Shown here: piece by piece, positions 26,237-41,772 of the stretch | How the letters are laid out: the number at the start of each line of letters is the position of its first letter | Numbering within the stretch: the stretch's first letter is position 1 | Assembly (NCBI GenBank): GCA_964016885.1 | Contig: OZ024747.1 | Span: 11,780,001-11,844,000, forward strand | Origin: Eledone cirrhosa | Taxonomy: Eukaryota | Reading direction: 5' to 3' | DNA length: 64,000 nt | Position numbers and translations under genes: made by a program | Notes under the pieces: generated by a model | The model's input: only the letters and a program-made list of their open reading frames with translations | Told to the model about the DNA's origin: nothing | The model's database searches: none

Positions 26237-27650
26237 AGTGGAGCCTCCTGGTGACCTTGACCCCTAGGACCCCCATAGCAGTGGAGCCTCCTGGTGACCT
26301 TGACCCTAGGACCCCCCCCACCATAGCAGTGGAGCCTCCTGGTGACCTTGACCCTGACCTAGGACCCCCCATAGCAGTGGAGCCTCCTGGTGACCTTGAC
26401 CCTAGGACCCCCACCCCATAGCAGTGGAGCCTCCTGGTGACCTTGACCCTAGGACCACCTGCCCCCCCCCATAGCAGTGGAGACTCTGGTGACCTTGACC
26501 CTAGGACCCCCCCCCACCCCCCACCATAGCAGTGGAGCCTCCTGGTGACCTTGACCCTAGGACCACCTGCCCCCCATAGCAGTGGAGACTCCTGGTGACC
26601 TTGACCCTAGGACCCCCCCCACCATAGCAGTGGAGCCTCCTGGTGACCTTGACCCTAGGACCACCTGCCCCCCATAGCAGTGAAGCCTCCTGGTGACCTT
26701 GACCCTAGACCCCCCATAGCAGTGGAGCCTCCTGGTGACCTTGACCCTAGGACCCCCCCCCCCACCATAGCAGTGGAGCCTCCTGGTGACCTTGACCCTA
26801 AGTACCCACCTCCCCCCATAGCAGTGGAGACTCCTGGTGACCTTGACCCTAGGACCACCTGCCCCCCATAGCAGTGAAGCCTCCTGGTGACCTTGACCCT
26901 AGGACCCCCCCCCATAGCAGTGGAGCCTCCTGGTGACCTTGACCCTAGGACCACCTCCCCCATAGCAGTGGAGCCTCTTGGTAACCTTGACCCTAGGACC
27001 ACCTCACCCCCAATAGCAGTGGAGACTCCTGGTGACCTTGACCCTAGGTTAACCTCACCCCATAGCAGTGGAGCCTCTTGGTGACCTTGACCCTAGGACC
27101 CCCCCATAGCAGTGGAGCCTCCTGGTGACCTTGACCCTAGGACCACCTCCCCCCATAGCAGTGGAGCCTCCTTGGTAACCTTGACCCTAGGACCACCTCA
27201 CCCCAATAGAAGTGGAAACTCCTGGTGACCTTGACCCTAGGTTCACCTCACCCCATAGCAGTGGAGCCTCTTGGTGACCTTGACCCTACGACCACCTCCC
27301 CCATAGCAGTGGAGACTCCCTGGTGACTTTGACCCCTACGACCACCTCCCCCATAGCAGTGGAGACTCCTGGTGACTTTGACCCTCACGACCACCTCCCC
27401 CATAACAGTGGAGACTCCTGGTGACTTTGACCCTACGACCACCTCCCCATAGCAGGCAGTGGAGACTCTGGTGACTTTGACCCTACGACCACCTCCCCCA
27501 TTAGCAGTGGAGACTCCTGGGTGACTTTTGACCCTACGACCACCTCCCCATAGCAGTGGAGACTCCTGGTGACTTTGACCCGAGGGACCATCCTCCCCCA
27601 TGAAACAGTGGAAACTTCTGGTGACCTTGACCCTAGGACCACCTCCCTAC
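26237..27650. repeat. ~45-50 bp GC-rich minisatellite ATAGCAGTGGAGCCTCCTGGTGACCTTGACCCTAGGACC(C)n
   Basis: Tandem units; variant TGACTTTGA/CTACGA in the distal copies. Confidence 0.95.
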
Positions 27651-27864
27651 TTACTACCATGGCATGGAGTTAGCTACCCACAGCCATCCTCCTACACCAT
27701 CCTCTGGGGCAATGCCTTCTCTATTCTGTCTGCCGGGGCTGTGGAGTCGCCAGGGCATGGGCTCTCGTTTGTGAGAGATGGGGAGAGCATAAGAGATGGA
27801 GGCAGTGAGTGAAAGGGAGAGAACATCAACACACACACACGCAGTATATTAATTATAAAAGACA

Positions 27865-28269
27865 TCTATACATAATATAAAAGAGAGATGTTTATTGGTT
27901 GGTTCCTTCGCGCATCACACAAAAACAAAAGTGACAATTGAAAAGTAAGTACAGCAATGGAATAAGGGGACATCCAGGAAGGTTTATTGATACTAATTTT
28001 ATAACATCAAAAAAGAAGAAAAACATCCCTGATATGTTAACCAATCTGACTGCTATTTCTAGCAGATTGGGAGACAACCATAAGAGATTCTCTCTGCGCG
28101 GTTGTTGTCAGTGAGAATTGTTATTCACGGCAAGCATCTCCGATTTGAATTTTGGTTTATACACACATTTTTACTGTAAACCAGACAAACATCCAATACA
28201 GACGTTTTTTCTTCTACTGGTCTTCTCTTATCATCTGTTTACCTGGGCAAAGCTGGGTACCTCAGCTAG
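27865..28269 (+). mobile_element. Non-autonomous Helitron
   Basis: Sits between host A (27864) and T (28270); 5' TCTATACATAATATAAAAGAGAGATG; 3' degenerate GC hairpin CCTGGGCAAAGCTGGG followed by CTAG. Confidence 0.75.
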
Positions 28270-28439
28270 TTTCCAATAAATTTTGGATTCTGCACAGATT
28301 TTTTTTTTAAGCTAAAGTTTATTAGAACTAGATATTCTTCTATGTATTATATAAAATTGTGTAGAGAAATGTTTAGGGCTTGTGGTTTGGTTTCTTTTTG
28401 GCTGTTTTTGAGGTGCAGTTTTAGTATTGAAATTAACTA

Positions 28440-29075
28440 AGTCTTGATTTATAATAATGAAATTATTGAGTACAGTGCTCAGGTGCACTACAACTCATCA
28501 AAGGTGCATGTATAGTACATAGAATAATATACAAATGTCAGGGAAGTGAATAGTGTATGAGTCATGAAATACATGTGTGCGTGTGTATGGAGGGGGAATA
28601 TTAGGTGTAGTGTTGGCGAATCTCAGGAAGCATGGAAGTTTTAAAGGATGCAGTGTCTCGACAGCTAACAACTGATGCAGGTAGTTTGTTCCATAGAGGT
28701 TTTAAAGGATGCAGTGTCTCGATAGCTAACAAGTGATGTAGGTAGTTTATTCCATGGAGGTTTTAAAGGATGCAGTGTCTCGTCAGCTAAGAACTGATGT
28801 AGGTAGTTTGTTCCATGGAGGTTTTAAAGGATGCAATGTCTCGACAGCTAAGAACTGATGCAGGTAGTTTGTTCCATGGAGGTTTTAAAGGGTGCAATGT
28901 CTCGACAGCTAAGAACTGATGCAGGTAGTTTGTTCCATGGAGGTTTTAAAGGATGCAATGTCTCGACAGCTAAGAACTGATGCAACTCTGAGCGTGAAAA
29001 AATGTTTCCGAAAGTCATGGGAGCTGTGCTGTTTTCTGACTTTGTTGGCATGCCCACATATGTTAGACACATGGA
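28440..29075 (-). mobile_element. CR1/L2-type LINE 3' fragment with internal ~61-bp tandem amplification (~6 copies, 28633-28985)
   Basis: Minus strand reads RKQHSSHDFRKHFFTLRV and repeated WNKLPASV(V/L)SCRD.ASFKTS, typical of the CR1 ORF2 C-terminus. Confidence 0.8.
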
Positions 29076-29809
29076 AATAATTGCATCTTGCTTTGTTGAT
29101 AAATATATATAATATGGAATTATTGTTCTAAACTTGATACGGTTATAATAAGCTAACATGATAAAATAAAGTACCAGTAATGCACTGGGTAATTGCTGGC
29201 CTTGTGCCTAAAGTAGAAACAATGATATGGTTATAATAATGGTTATAATAAGTTAACATACAGGTATGGTGCAGTGTGTAGATTACAAGGTACACTTAAA
29301 TGGTTTGGAGACTTTTATCAGACATTTAACTCAGATCAACACAAAACTCTCGTCTTCCTCAAAGTAGGATCCTCAAATGATGGTAGCTAAGATTATGGCC
29401 ATGATGATGATGATGATGATGATGATAATCATGGTAGTGGTGGTTGTGATGATGATGCTGGTGATGATAATCATGATAGTGGTGGTTATGGTGACAGTTA
29501 TGGTGACAGTTATGGTGAAGCTACAATTGTTTTCTAATAAGTCTGTCACATCGTTATTGCTCTTTTCATTTTGTTTTGTTGATTTCCTACAATTTTGTGT
29601 TTTTTTCTGGGGGTTTTCTTATTTGTTTTCTATTTTAAAATTGTAATTTGGCGTTTATATAATTATATTTTTCTATATTTATAATTATATTTTCATGTCA
29701 TTAAATTTGATTCCGATAAAGTTCACTGAAGTAGCTTTTTTCTCTCTCCAGGGAAATTACGGGAGAAAAACAAACATCATCATCATCATCATGGCCACCC
29801 CCCCCCCCC

Positions 29810-30292
29810 ACTACCACCATCACCATTAAACTATGTTTGTATCACCACCACCACCACCACAACCATCACCACCACCACACCAATCTCAACCACCACTACA
29901 ACCAACACCATTAAACTATGTTTGTATCACCACCACCACCACCACAACCATCACCACCACCACCACCACCACCACACCAATCACAACCACCACTACCACC
30001 ATCACCATTAAACTATGTTTGTATCACCACCACCACTACAACCAACACCATTAAACTATGTTTGTATCACCACCACCACCACCACCACAACCATCACCAC
30101 CACCACCACCACCACCACCACAATCACAGCAATCACAACCACCACTACAACCAACACCATTAAACTATGTTTGTATCACCACCACCACCACCACCACAAC
30201 CATCACCACCACCACCACCACCACCACCACCACAATCACAGCAATCACAACCACCACTACAACCAACACCATTAAACTATGTTTGTATCACC
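29810..30292. repeat. ACC-rich array with core CCATTAAACTATGTTTGTATCACC
   Basis: Six core copies. Confidence 0.9.
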
Positions 30293-30736
30293 TCTAGCAA
30301 CATTTTCTACTCCCTGTACTTTAATCTTCTGAAGACACAAATATTTTTTAAACATAAACGAGTGTAAAATATAAATAAATATCATTTCTCTTGTTTCTAT
30401 TATTACAACTAATACATTATTGTTACTATTATTAGTTACTATTATTAGTATGGATTACATTTTGCCTAGTTCTTTGTGTTGAAACAAAAATTTGTATTGA
30501 AACAATTGTAAAGATTAAATAATTTAAGAACTATTTTCTGTCAACTTAACTCTGTGTGAGGGGCAGAGTGTTAGGTGGGGTGTGTGTGTGTGTGTGGGGG
30601 GGGGGATACTATATGTATGGTTCAGCCAGTACGCATGGGGAGGCAGGTTTTCTGTATTACTGCATAACACCAGAGATCCTGGTCCTGTGTCATTGCCTTT
30701 GAGAAGTACAATTGTGCAAGGTCAACTTATAATTAA

Positions 30737-30847
<111 letters not shown>

Positions 30848-31149
30848 CAGTATAGATGCCAACAACACTTCACATCCTGAAGATAAGACTGTGAAAAACC
30901 TAGAACTGTTATTGTTCCAAATGAAAGTATGAGAAAAACAAACTAAGGCAGAAGGAGGTGGGATTTGAACTCAGAATATTCTGGGCCAGATAAGACACCA
31001 ACCCTAGTACTATCACCACTACCACCTCTTTCATTATCAGCATGACCACTACTGCTTTCATCACCACAATATTAGCACCATCAACACAACCACCACCACC
31101 ACCATCATCATCCTCACTGCCATCCCCCACCATCACTACTGCTCCCTTA

Positions 31150-31700
31150 CCACAACTAATACCACCACCACCATAATCCCCTCTCACCACAACTACGACC
31201 ACCAATACCACCACCACCACCACAACTACGATCACCAATACCACCACCACCACCACCACCGCCACAACTACAACCACCAATACTACCACCACCACCACCA
31301 CAACTACAGCCACCAATACCACCACCACAACTACGACCACCAATACCACCACTACTACAACTAAGACCACCAATACCACCAATACAACCACCACAACTAC
31401 GACCACCAATACCACCACCACCACCACCACAACTACGACCACCAATACCACCAATACAACCACCACAACTACAACCACCAATACCACCACCACCACCACC
31501 ACCACAACTACAACCACCAATACCACCACCACAACTACGACCACCAATACCACCACCACCACAACTACGACCACCAATACAACCACCACAACTACGACCA
31601 CCAATACCACCACCACCACCACCACCACCACCACCACAACTACGACCACCAATACCACCACCACCACCACAACTACGACCACTACTACCACTACTTCCAT
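31150..31700. repeat. ACCACCAATACC...ACAACTACG array
   Basis: Direct. Confidence 0.9.
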
Positions 31701-31898
31701 ATTCCCCCCTGCCACCACCACCATCATTACCACTTCCATACCCCCCCCCCCCTATCACCACCACATGGTAGTAAGACAGGTGACCTTCTAAATGACTTCA
31801 GTAGTGCTACAATTAAACAGATTAAATGTCCACCATTAAAGTTATCTACGACTTAATGTCCAATGTCAATACTGCCTTATCACCTTTGTAATTACACC

Positions 31899-32206
31899 TG
31901 TGATGGTTCTAGAGAGGACAACACACACACACACACACACACATGTGATGGTTCTAGAGAGGACAACACACACACACACACACATGTGGTGGTTCTAGAG
32001 AGGACAACACACACACACACACATGTGGTGGTTCTAGAGAGGACAACACACACACACACACACATGTGATGGTTCTAGAGAGGACAACACACACACACAC
32101 ACACATGTGATGGTTCTAGAGAGGACAACACACACACACACACACACACATGTGATGGTTCTAGAAGGACAACACACACACACATGTGATGGTTCTAGAG
32201 AGGACA

Positions 32207-32238
<32 letters not shown>

Positions 32239-33211
32239 GATGGTTCTAGAGAGGACAACACACACACACATGTGGTGGTTCTAGAGAGGACAACACACAT
32301 ACACACACACACATGTGGTGGTTCTAGAGAGGACAACACACACACACACACACATGTGATGGTTCTAGAGAGGACAACACACACACACACATGTGATGGT
32401 TCTAGAAGGACAACACACACACACACACACATGTGATGGTTCTAGAGAGGACAACACACATACACACACACACATGTGGTGGTTCTAGAGAGGACAACAC
32501 ACACACACACACACATGTGATGGTTCTAGAGAGGACAACACACACACACACACACACACACACATGTGATGGTTCTAGAAGGACAACACACACACACACA
32601 CACATGTGATGGTTCTAGAGAGGACAACACACACACACACACACACACATGTGATGGTTCTAGAGAGGACAACACACACACACACACACATGTGATGGTT
32701 CTAGAGAGGACAACACACACACACACACACATGTGATGGTTCTAGAGAGGACAAAACACACACACACACACACACATGTGGTGGTTCTAGAGAGGACAAC
32801 ACACACACACACACACACACACATGTGATGGTTCTAGAGAGGACAACACACACACACACATGTGGTGGTTCTAGAGAGGACAACACACACACACACAGAC
32901 ACACATGTGGTGGTTCTAGAGAGGACAACACACACACACACACACACACATGTGATGGTTCTAGAGAGGACAACACACACACACACATGTGATGGTTCTA
33001 GAGAGGACAACACACACACACACACATGTGGTGGTTCTAGAGAGGACAACACACACACACACACATGTGATGGTTCTAGAGAGGACAACACACACACACA
33101 CACACACATGTGATGGTTCTAGAGAGGACAACACACACACACACACACACATGTGATGGTTCTAGAGAGGACAACACACACACACACACATGTGATGGTT
33201 CTAGAGAGGAC

Positions 33212-33250
<39 letters not shown>

Positions 33251-34284
33251 GATGGTTCTAGAGAGGACAACACACACATGTGATGGTTCTAGAGAGGACA
33301 ACACACACACACACACACACACACACATGTGATGGTTCTAGAGAGGACAACACACACACACACGCATGTGATAGTTCTAGAGAGGACAACACACACACAC
33401 ACACACACACACACATGTGATGGTTCTAGAGAGGACAACACACACACACACACACACACACACATGTGATGGTTCTAGAGAGGACAACACACACACACAC
33501 ACACATGTGATGGTTCTAGAGAGGACAACACACACACACACACACATGTGATGGTTCTAGAGAGGACAACACACACACACACACATGTGATGGTTCTAGA
33601 GAGGACAACACACACACACACACATGTGATGGTTCTAGAGAGGACAACACACACACACACACACATGTGATGGTTCTAGAGAGGACAACACACACACACA
33701 CACACATGTGGTGGTTCTAGAGAGGACAACACACACACACACACATGTGATGGTTCTAGAGAGGACAACACACACACACACACACACATGTGATGGTTCT
33801 AGAGAGGACAACTCACACACACACATGTGATGGTTCTAGAGAGGACAACACACACACACACACATGTGGTGGTTCTAGAGAGGACAACACACACACACAC
33901 ATGTGATGGTTCTAGAGAGGACAACACACACACACACATGTGGTGGTTCTAGAGAGGACAACACACACACACACACATGTGATGGTTCTAGAGAGGACAA
34001 CACACACACACACACACACACATGTGATGGTTCTAGAGAGGACAACACACACACACACATGTGATGGTTCTAGAGAGGACAACACACACACACACACACA
34101 TGATGGTTCTAGAGAGGACAACACACACACACACACACACATGTGATGGTTCTAGAGAGGACAACACACACACACACACATGTGATGGTTCTAGAGAGGA
34201 CAACACACACACACACACACACACATGTGATGGTTCTAGAGAGGACAACACACACACACACGTGTGATGGTTCTAGACAGGACA

Positions 34285-34316
<32 letters not shown>

Positions 34317-34539
34317 GGTGGTTCTAGAGAGGACAACACACACACACATGTGATGGTTCTAGAGAGAACAATACACACACACACATGTGATGGTTCTAGA
34401 GAGGACAACACACACACACACACACACATGTGATGGTTCTAGAGAGGACAACACACACACACACACACACACATGTGATGGTTCTAGAGAGGACAACACA
34501 CACACACACACACACACATGTGATGGTTCTAGAGAGGAC

Positions 34540-34586
<47 letters not shown>

Positions 34587-34727
34587 GATGGTTCTAGAGA
34601 GGACAACACACACACACACACACACACATGTGATGGTTCTAGAGAGGACAACACACACACACACATGTGATGGTTCTAGAGAGGACAACACACACACACA
34701 CATGTGATGGTTCTAGAGAGGACAACA

Positions 34728-34800
<73 letters not shown>

Positions 34801-35051
34801 GATGGTTCTAGAGAGGACAACACACACACACACACACACACACACATGTGCTGGTTCTAGAGAGGACAACACACACACACACACACACACACATGTGATG
34901 GTTCTAGAGAGGACAACACACACACACACACACACACATGTGATGGTTCTAGAGAGGACAACACACACACACACACACACACATGTGATGGTTCTAGAGA
35001 GGACAACACACACACACACACACACATGTGATGGTTCTAGAGAGGACAACA

Positions 35052-35100
<49 letters not shown>

Positions 35101-35128
35101 ACATGTGATGGTTCTAGAGAGGACAACA

Positions 35129-35185
<57 letters not shown>

Positions 35186-35215
35186 GTGGTGGTTCTAGAG
35201 AGGACAACACACACA
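31899..35215. repeat. Minisatellite ATGTGATGGTTCTAGAGAGGACAA(CA)n
   Basis: Constant core plus variable CA tract. Confidence 0.97.
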
Positions 35216-35334
35216 TATATATATGTATATATATATATATGTGTGTGTGTATATGTAGATATTTATATTGGTCTATAGACTTATTAAAATGTTATATGTG
35301 TGTGTGTATAGGGGGAGAGAGGGGGAGGGGTAGA

Positions 35335-35404
<70 letters not shown>

Positions 35405-35589
35405 GAGAGAGAGAGAGGGGGGGGGAGAGAGATGCAAGATGTGAATGGATGAGCTAGTTGTGATGAGAAAGAGATAATGTAAGTGGTGTAATGTGCTGGT
35501 CATTGACAAACTGTAGGATGTGTCAAACTAAAGTGATTGGTGTCCACCTTAATTAGATACTGACCTATCAAGGTCACAACACCAGGACT

Positions 35590-37330
35590 ACACCACACCA
35601 CCACTACGTCACTACCACAACACAATACCACCACTTAACACCATACAATACCACACACAGCATCACACCACCACACAACACATCACCACCACCATTACTA
35701 CATCACACACAACACCACACCACCACTACATCACTACCACAACACAATACCACCACTACACACCACTTAACACCATACAATACCACACACAGCATCACAC
35801 CACCACACAACACATCACCACCACCACTACTACATCACACACAACACCACACCACCACTACATCACTACCACAACACAATACTACCACTACACACCACTT
35901 AACACCATACAATACCACACACAGCATCACACCACCACACAACACATCACCACCACCACCACTACTACTACATCACACACTACACCACACCACCACTACA
36001 TCACTACCACAACACAATACCACCACTACACACCACTTAACACCATACAATACCACACACAGCATCACACCACCACACAACACATCACCACCACCACTAC
36101 TACATCACACACAACACCACACCACCACTACATCACTACCACAACACAATACCACCACTACACACCACTTAACACCATACAATACCACACACAGCGTCAC
36201 ACCACCACACAACACATCACCACCACCACTACTACATCACACACAACACCACACCACCACTACATCACTACCACAACACAATACCACCACTACACACCAC
36301 TTAACACCATACAATACCACACACAGCATCACACCACCACACAACACATCACCACCACCACTACTACATCACACACAACACCACACCACCACTACGTCAC
36401 TACCACAACACAATACCACCACTACACACCACTTAACACCATACAATACCACACACAGCATCACACCACCACACAACACATCACCACCACCACTACTACA
36501 TCACACACAACACCACACCACCACTACATCACTACCACAACACAATACCACCACTACACACCACTTAACACCATACAATACCACACACAGCATCACACCA
36601 CCACACAACACATCACCACCACCACTACTACATCACACACAACACCACACCACCACTACGTCACTACCACAACACAATACCACCACTACACACCACTTAA
36701 CACCATACAATACCACACACAGCATCACACCACCACACAACACATCACCACCACCACTACTACATCACACACAACACCACACCACCACTACGTCACTACC
36801 ACAACACAATACCACCACTACTACACACCACTTAACACCATACAATACCACACACAGCATCACACCACCACACAACACATCACCACCACCACTACTACAT
36901 CACACACAACACCACACCACCACTACGTCACTACCACAACACAATACCACCACTACTACACACCACTTAACACCATACAATACCACACACAGCATCACAC
37001 CACCACACAACACATCACCACCACCACTACTACATCACACCCAACACCACACCACCACTACATCACTACCACAACACAATACCACCACTACTACACACCA
37101 CTTAACACCATACAATACCACACACAGCATCACACCACCACACAACACATCACCACCACCACCACTACTACTACATCACACACTACACCACACCACCACT
37201 ACATCACTACCACAACACAATACCACCACTACTACACACCACTTAACACCATACAATACCACACACAGCATCACACCACCACACAACACATCACCACCAC
37301 CACTACTACATCACACACAACACCACACCA
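35590..37330. repeat. ~132-bp A/C-rich tandem repeat, ~13 copies
   Basis: CACTTAACACCATACAAT recurs at 35632, 35764, 35896 ... 37240. Confidence 0.95.
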
Positions 37331-37883
37331 TCATACAGAACACCACCACCAAATTATATCCACACAGTCTAGCTATATAATGACCATTTGTCTTGCATAC
37401 ATATACACACCCACATATACATACATACACAAACACATATACATACAAACACACACACAAATACCCATTCACACATGCACACACACACACACATTCATAC
37501 TTATACATACCCATAGTTATACCTATTCTCAATATATACATACTAGTATAGTTATATATAGTATATTAGTAAATATATATACACTGTATATAAATCAATA
37601 CAAATTATTAATTATTGATGGTACTCTTCAAGATTCTATTCCTGTCTATTCAATACTTTAACCAGTAAGTCATACACCTTTAGTAATTAGACAAACTGGA
37701 AAATGTGAACAGGTATTTTTTAGATGACTTTGATAATGATATAAAATATTGTGGTAATTACACAAGAGTGTAAAGACAGCATCTGTGTTCGAGTACCACT
37801 GGGGCATTACATATATACGCAGGCTCTTTCATATATATTTTATATATATATACACACACACACATACATACATACATACATAT

Positions 37884-38219
37884 GGAGGCACATGGCTTAG
37901 TGGTTAGAGCATTGGCCTTGCAATCAAAAGGTTGTGAGTTCAATTCTCAGACCGGGTGATGTGTTGTTTCATGAGCAAGACACTTTATTTCACATTGCTC
38001 CAGTTTACTCAGCTGTAGAAATGAGATGATAGGGACTGGGGTCCATATCATTCCACTGCAAAGTGGTCGTGGAGGTGCCACGGTAAACAAAAAAACACCG
38101 CCCACTCACTGTAAATGAAGTTGGTGTTAGGAAGTGCATCCAGCTGTAGAAATCAAGCCAGAATCAGTTCCTGTCCCACCCTTGCAAGCAGGGAAAAGCG
38201 GACGTAAAATTATGATGAT
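37884..38219 (+). mobile_element. Near full-length tRNA-derived SINE with RTE-derived tail
   Basis: A box TGGCTTAGTGG, B box GAGTTCAATTC; 38173-38210 identical to the RTE LINE 3' end at 42203-42240; ATG-repeat tail. Confidence 0.85.
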
Positions 38220-38459
38220 ATATACATACATATATACATATATATCCAGGCTCTTTGATATATAAAATTTTGTGAATATATATTTGTGAGTGTGTACATA
38301 CATATACAGTATAACATGCAAACACACACATATATATGTATATATATATATACACACCACACCACTGGTTTCTTTAATTGCTATCAACTGTAGATTAAAT
38401 TTTCAGCTAAATTGAATTTGTTGAATATTTATTTATAGTCCAGCATTCTGCCACTCTCT

Positions 38460-39412
38460 TGTTAGACTTATATAATATGGTGTAGTTGGTGGATATATTA
38501 TGGTGGAGTGGTGTTGTAGAGATATAATATGGTGGTATGGTGTTGTAGATATAGACTTAGATAATATGGTGGTGTGGTAGAGAGAGACTTACATAATATG
38601 GTGGTGTGGTGTGGTAGAGAGAGACTTAGATAATATGGTGGTGTGGTGTTGTAGATATAGACTTAGATAATATGGTGGTGTGGTAGAGAGAGACTTAGAT
38701 AATATGGTGGTGTGGTGTGATAGAGAGAGACTTAGATAATATGGTGGTGTGGTGTTGGAGAGATAGACTTATATAATATGGTGGTGTGGTGTTGGAGAGA
38801 GAGACTTAGATAATATGGAGGTGTGGTGTGATAGAGAGAGACTTAGATAATATGGTGGTGTGGTGTTGGAGAGATAGACTTATATAATATGGTGGTGTGG
38901 TGTGATAGAGAGAGACTTAGATAATATGGTGGTGTGGTGTTGGAGAGATAGACTTAGATAATATGGTGGTGTGGTGTTGGAGAGATAGACTTATATAATA
39001 TGGTGGTGTGGTGTGGTAGAGAGAGACTTAGATAATATGGTGGTGTGGTGTTGGAGAGAGAGACTTAGATAATATGGTGGTGTGGTGTTGGAGAGATAGA
39101 CTTAGATAATATGGTGGTGTGGTGTGATAGAGAGAGACTTAGATAATATGGTGGTGTGGTGTTGGAGAGATAGACTTATATAATATGGTGGTGTGGTGTT
39201 GGAGAGATAGACTTATATAATATGGTGGTGTGGTGTGATAGAGAGAGACTTAGATAATATGGTGGTGTGGTGTTGGAGAGATAGACTTATATAATATGGT
39301 GGTGTGGTAGAGAGAGACTTAGATAATATGGTGGTGTGGTGTTGGAGAGAGAGACTTAGATAATATGGTGGTGTGGTAGAGAGAGACTTAGATAATATGG
39401 TGGTGTGGTGTT
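38460..39412. repeat. ~37-bp minisatellite AGAGAGACTTAGATAATATGGTGGTGTGGTGTTGG
   Basis: Direct. Confidence 0.95.
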
Positions 39413-39672
39413 GAGGTGATGGACTTTTCCAGGTGTAAAAATGCTGAAACCACATCAGTATGTTACTATGGTGGGCCTATAACTCTACCAACAACAGATG
39501 TGGCTCCATGTGCGGGTGGGTAAATGGATGGGTCGGTAGGTGGGTGGATGCATGCATGGATGGATGGGCCATGGATGGAAACTGAATTACTGCCAGAATA
39601 TGATTTTGAAAATGAACTTGAAAATATTTTTTCAGCAGTGATTTGTAAATGTCAGTATTTTGTAAGTTAGAT

Positions 39673-41000
39673 CATACACACAAACATACATACATACACA
39701 CAAACATACATACATACACACAAACATACATACATACACACCCTGCTACATACACACAAACATACATACATACACACAAACATACATACATACACACAAA
39801 CATACATACATACACACCCTGCTACATACACACAAACATACATACATACACACAAACATACATACATACACACAAACATACATACATACACACCCTGCTA
39901 CATACACACAAACATACATACATACACACAAACATACATACATACACACAAACATACATACATACACACCCTGCCACATACACACAAACATACATACATA
40001 CACACCCTGTTACATACACACAAACATACATACATACACACCCTGCCACATACACACAAACATACATACATACACACCCTGTTTCATACACACAAACATA
40101 CATACATACACACCCTGCCACATACACACAAACATACATACATACACACCCTGCCACATACACACAAACATACATACATACACACCCTGCCACATACACA
40201 CAAACATACATACATACACACCCTGTTACATACACACAAACATACATACATACACACCCTGCCACATACACACACACATACATACATACACACCCTGCCA
40301 CATACACACAAACATACATACATACACACCCTGTTACATACACACAAACATACATACATACACACAAACATACATACACACAAACATACATACATACACA
40401 CCCTGCCACATACACATAAACATACATACATACACACAAACATACATACACACAAACATACATACATACACACCCTGCCACATACACACAAACATACATA
40501 CATACACACAAACATACATACACACAAACATACATACATACACACCCTGCCACATACACATAAACATACATACATACACACAAACATACATACATACACA
40601 CCCTGCCACATACACACAAACATACATACATACACACCCTGCCACATACACACAAACATACATACATACACACCCTGTTACATACACACAAACATACATA
40701 CATACACACAAACATACATACACACAAACATACATACATACACACAAACATACATACACACAAACATACATACATACACACCCTGCCACATACACACAAA
40801 CATACATACATACACACCCTGCCACATACACACAAACATACATACATACACACCCTGTTACATACACACAAACATACATACATACACACAAACATACATA
40901 CACACAAACATACATACATACACACCCTGCCACATACACATAAACATACATACATACACACAAACATACATACATACACACCCTGCCACATACACACAAA
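39673..41000. repeat. (CATA)-rich minisatellite with CACCCTGCCACATA core
   Basis: Direct. Confidence 0.95.
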
Positions 41001-41128
41001 CACACAGTTTACACACATACACACAATCACCCATCTTCCTTGCAGTCCCTCAGGACTGACTATGATATTCCTTTTTATAGCAGCTCCCATGGGCACATAA
41101 TGGGTAAAACATTCAATAACGGAATCAC

Positions 41129-41170
<42 letters not shown>

Positions 41171-41772
41171 ACACACACTATAAATATATATATATATATA
41201 TATATTATAAGCATATATATATATATTATAAGCATATATATATATATATACACACACACACATAAAACACATACTATGGTGATATTCTGCCGTGTAGTGT
41301 GTTGCAGTGTGGAGTGCTGTGCTGTAGTGTGGTGTGGTGTAATATGGAGTGGAGTGCTGTAGTGTGGTAGGGTATGGAGTGCTGTGCTGTAGTGTGGTGT
41401 GGTGCAGTGTGGAGTGCTGTGCTGTAGTGTGGTGTGGTGCAATATGGAGTGGAGTGCTGTAGTGTGGTAGGGTATGGTGTGCTGTGCTGTGGGGTTAGTT
41501 GGGTGGTGTACAGTGATGTTTGAAGGTTGGTAGAGTTTTATTCAACCATAAAATGAAAGGATTACAAGATTATTCAAGTCAGAATTCTGTTTCCATGTCA
41601 GAAAAAAAAGAAAAAACATTATGATGGAAATAATAAGGTGGGGGCAGGGGCTTAGAAATGAGGGAATATGTTGGTAGAGGTTAGGGGTGATGATGAGGGT
41701 TGTGGTGATGATGATGGTGATGAGGATGATAAGGTGAAGAAGGAAATGTATGCATATATATATATATATATG

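Noticed and set aside
29735-29790. Strong acceptor ttttttctctctccag|GGAAA as possible HDC exon 2
   Set aside because: Reads GKLREKNKH, not GKEMVDY, and runs into repeats
31899-35215. CRISPR-like constant repeat with variable spacer
   Set aside because: Spacers are only (CA)n; eukaryotic context, no cas genes
37884-37955. tRNA gene
   Set aside because: A and B boxes present but no acceptor stem; continues into SINE body
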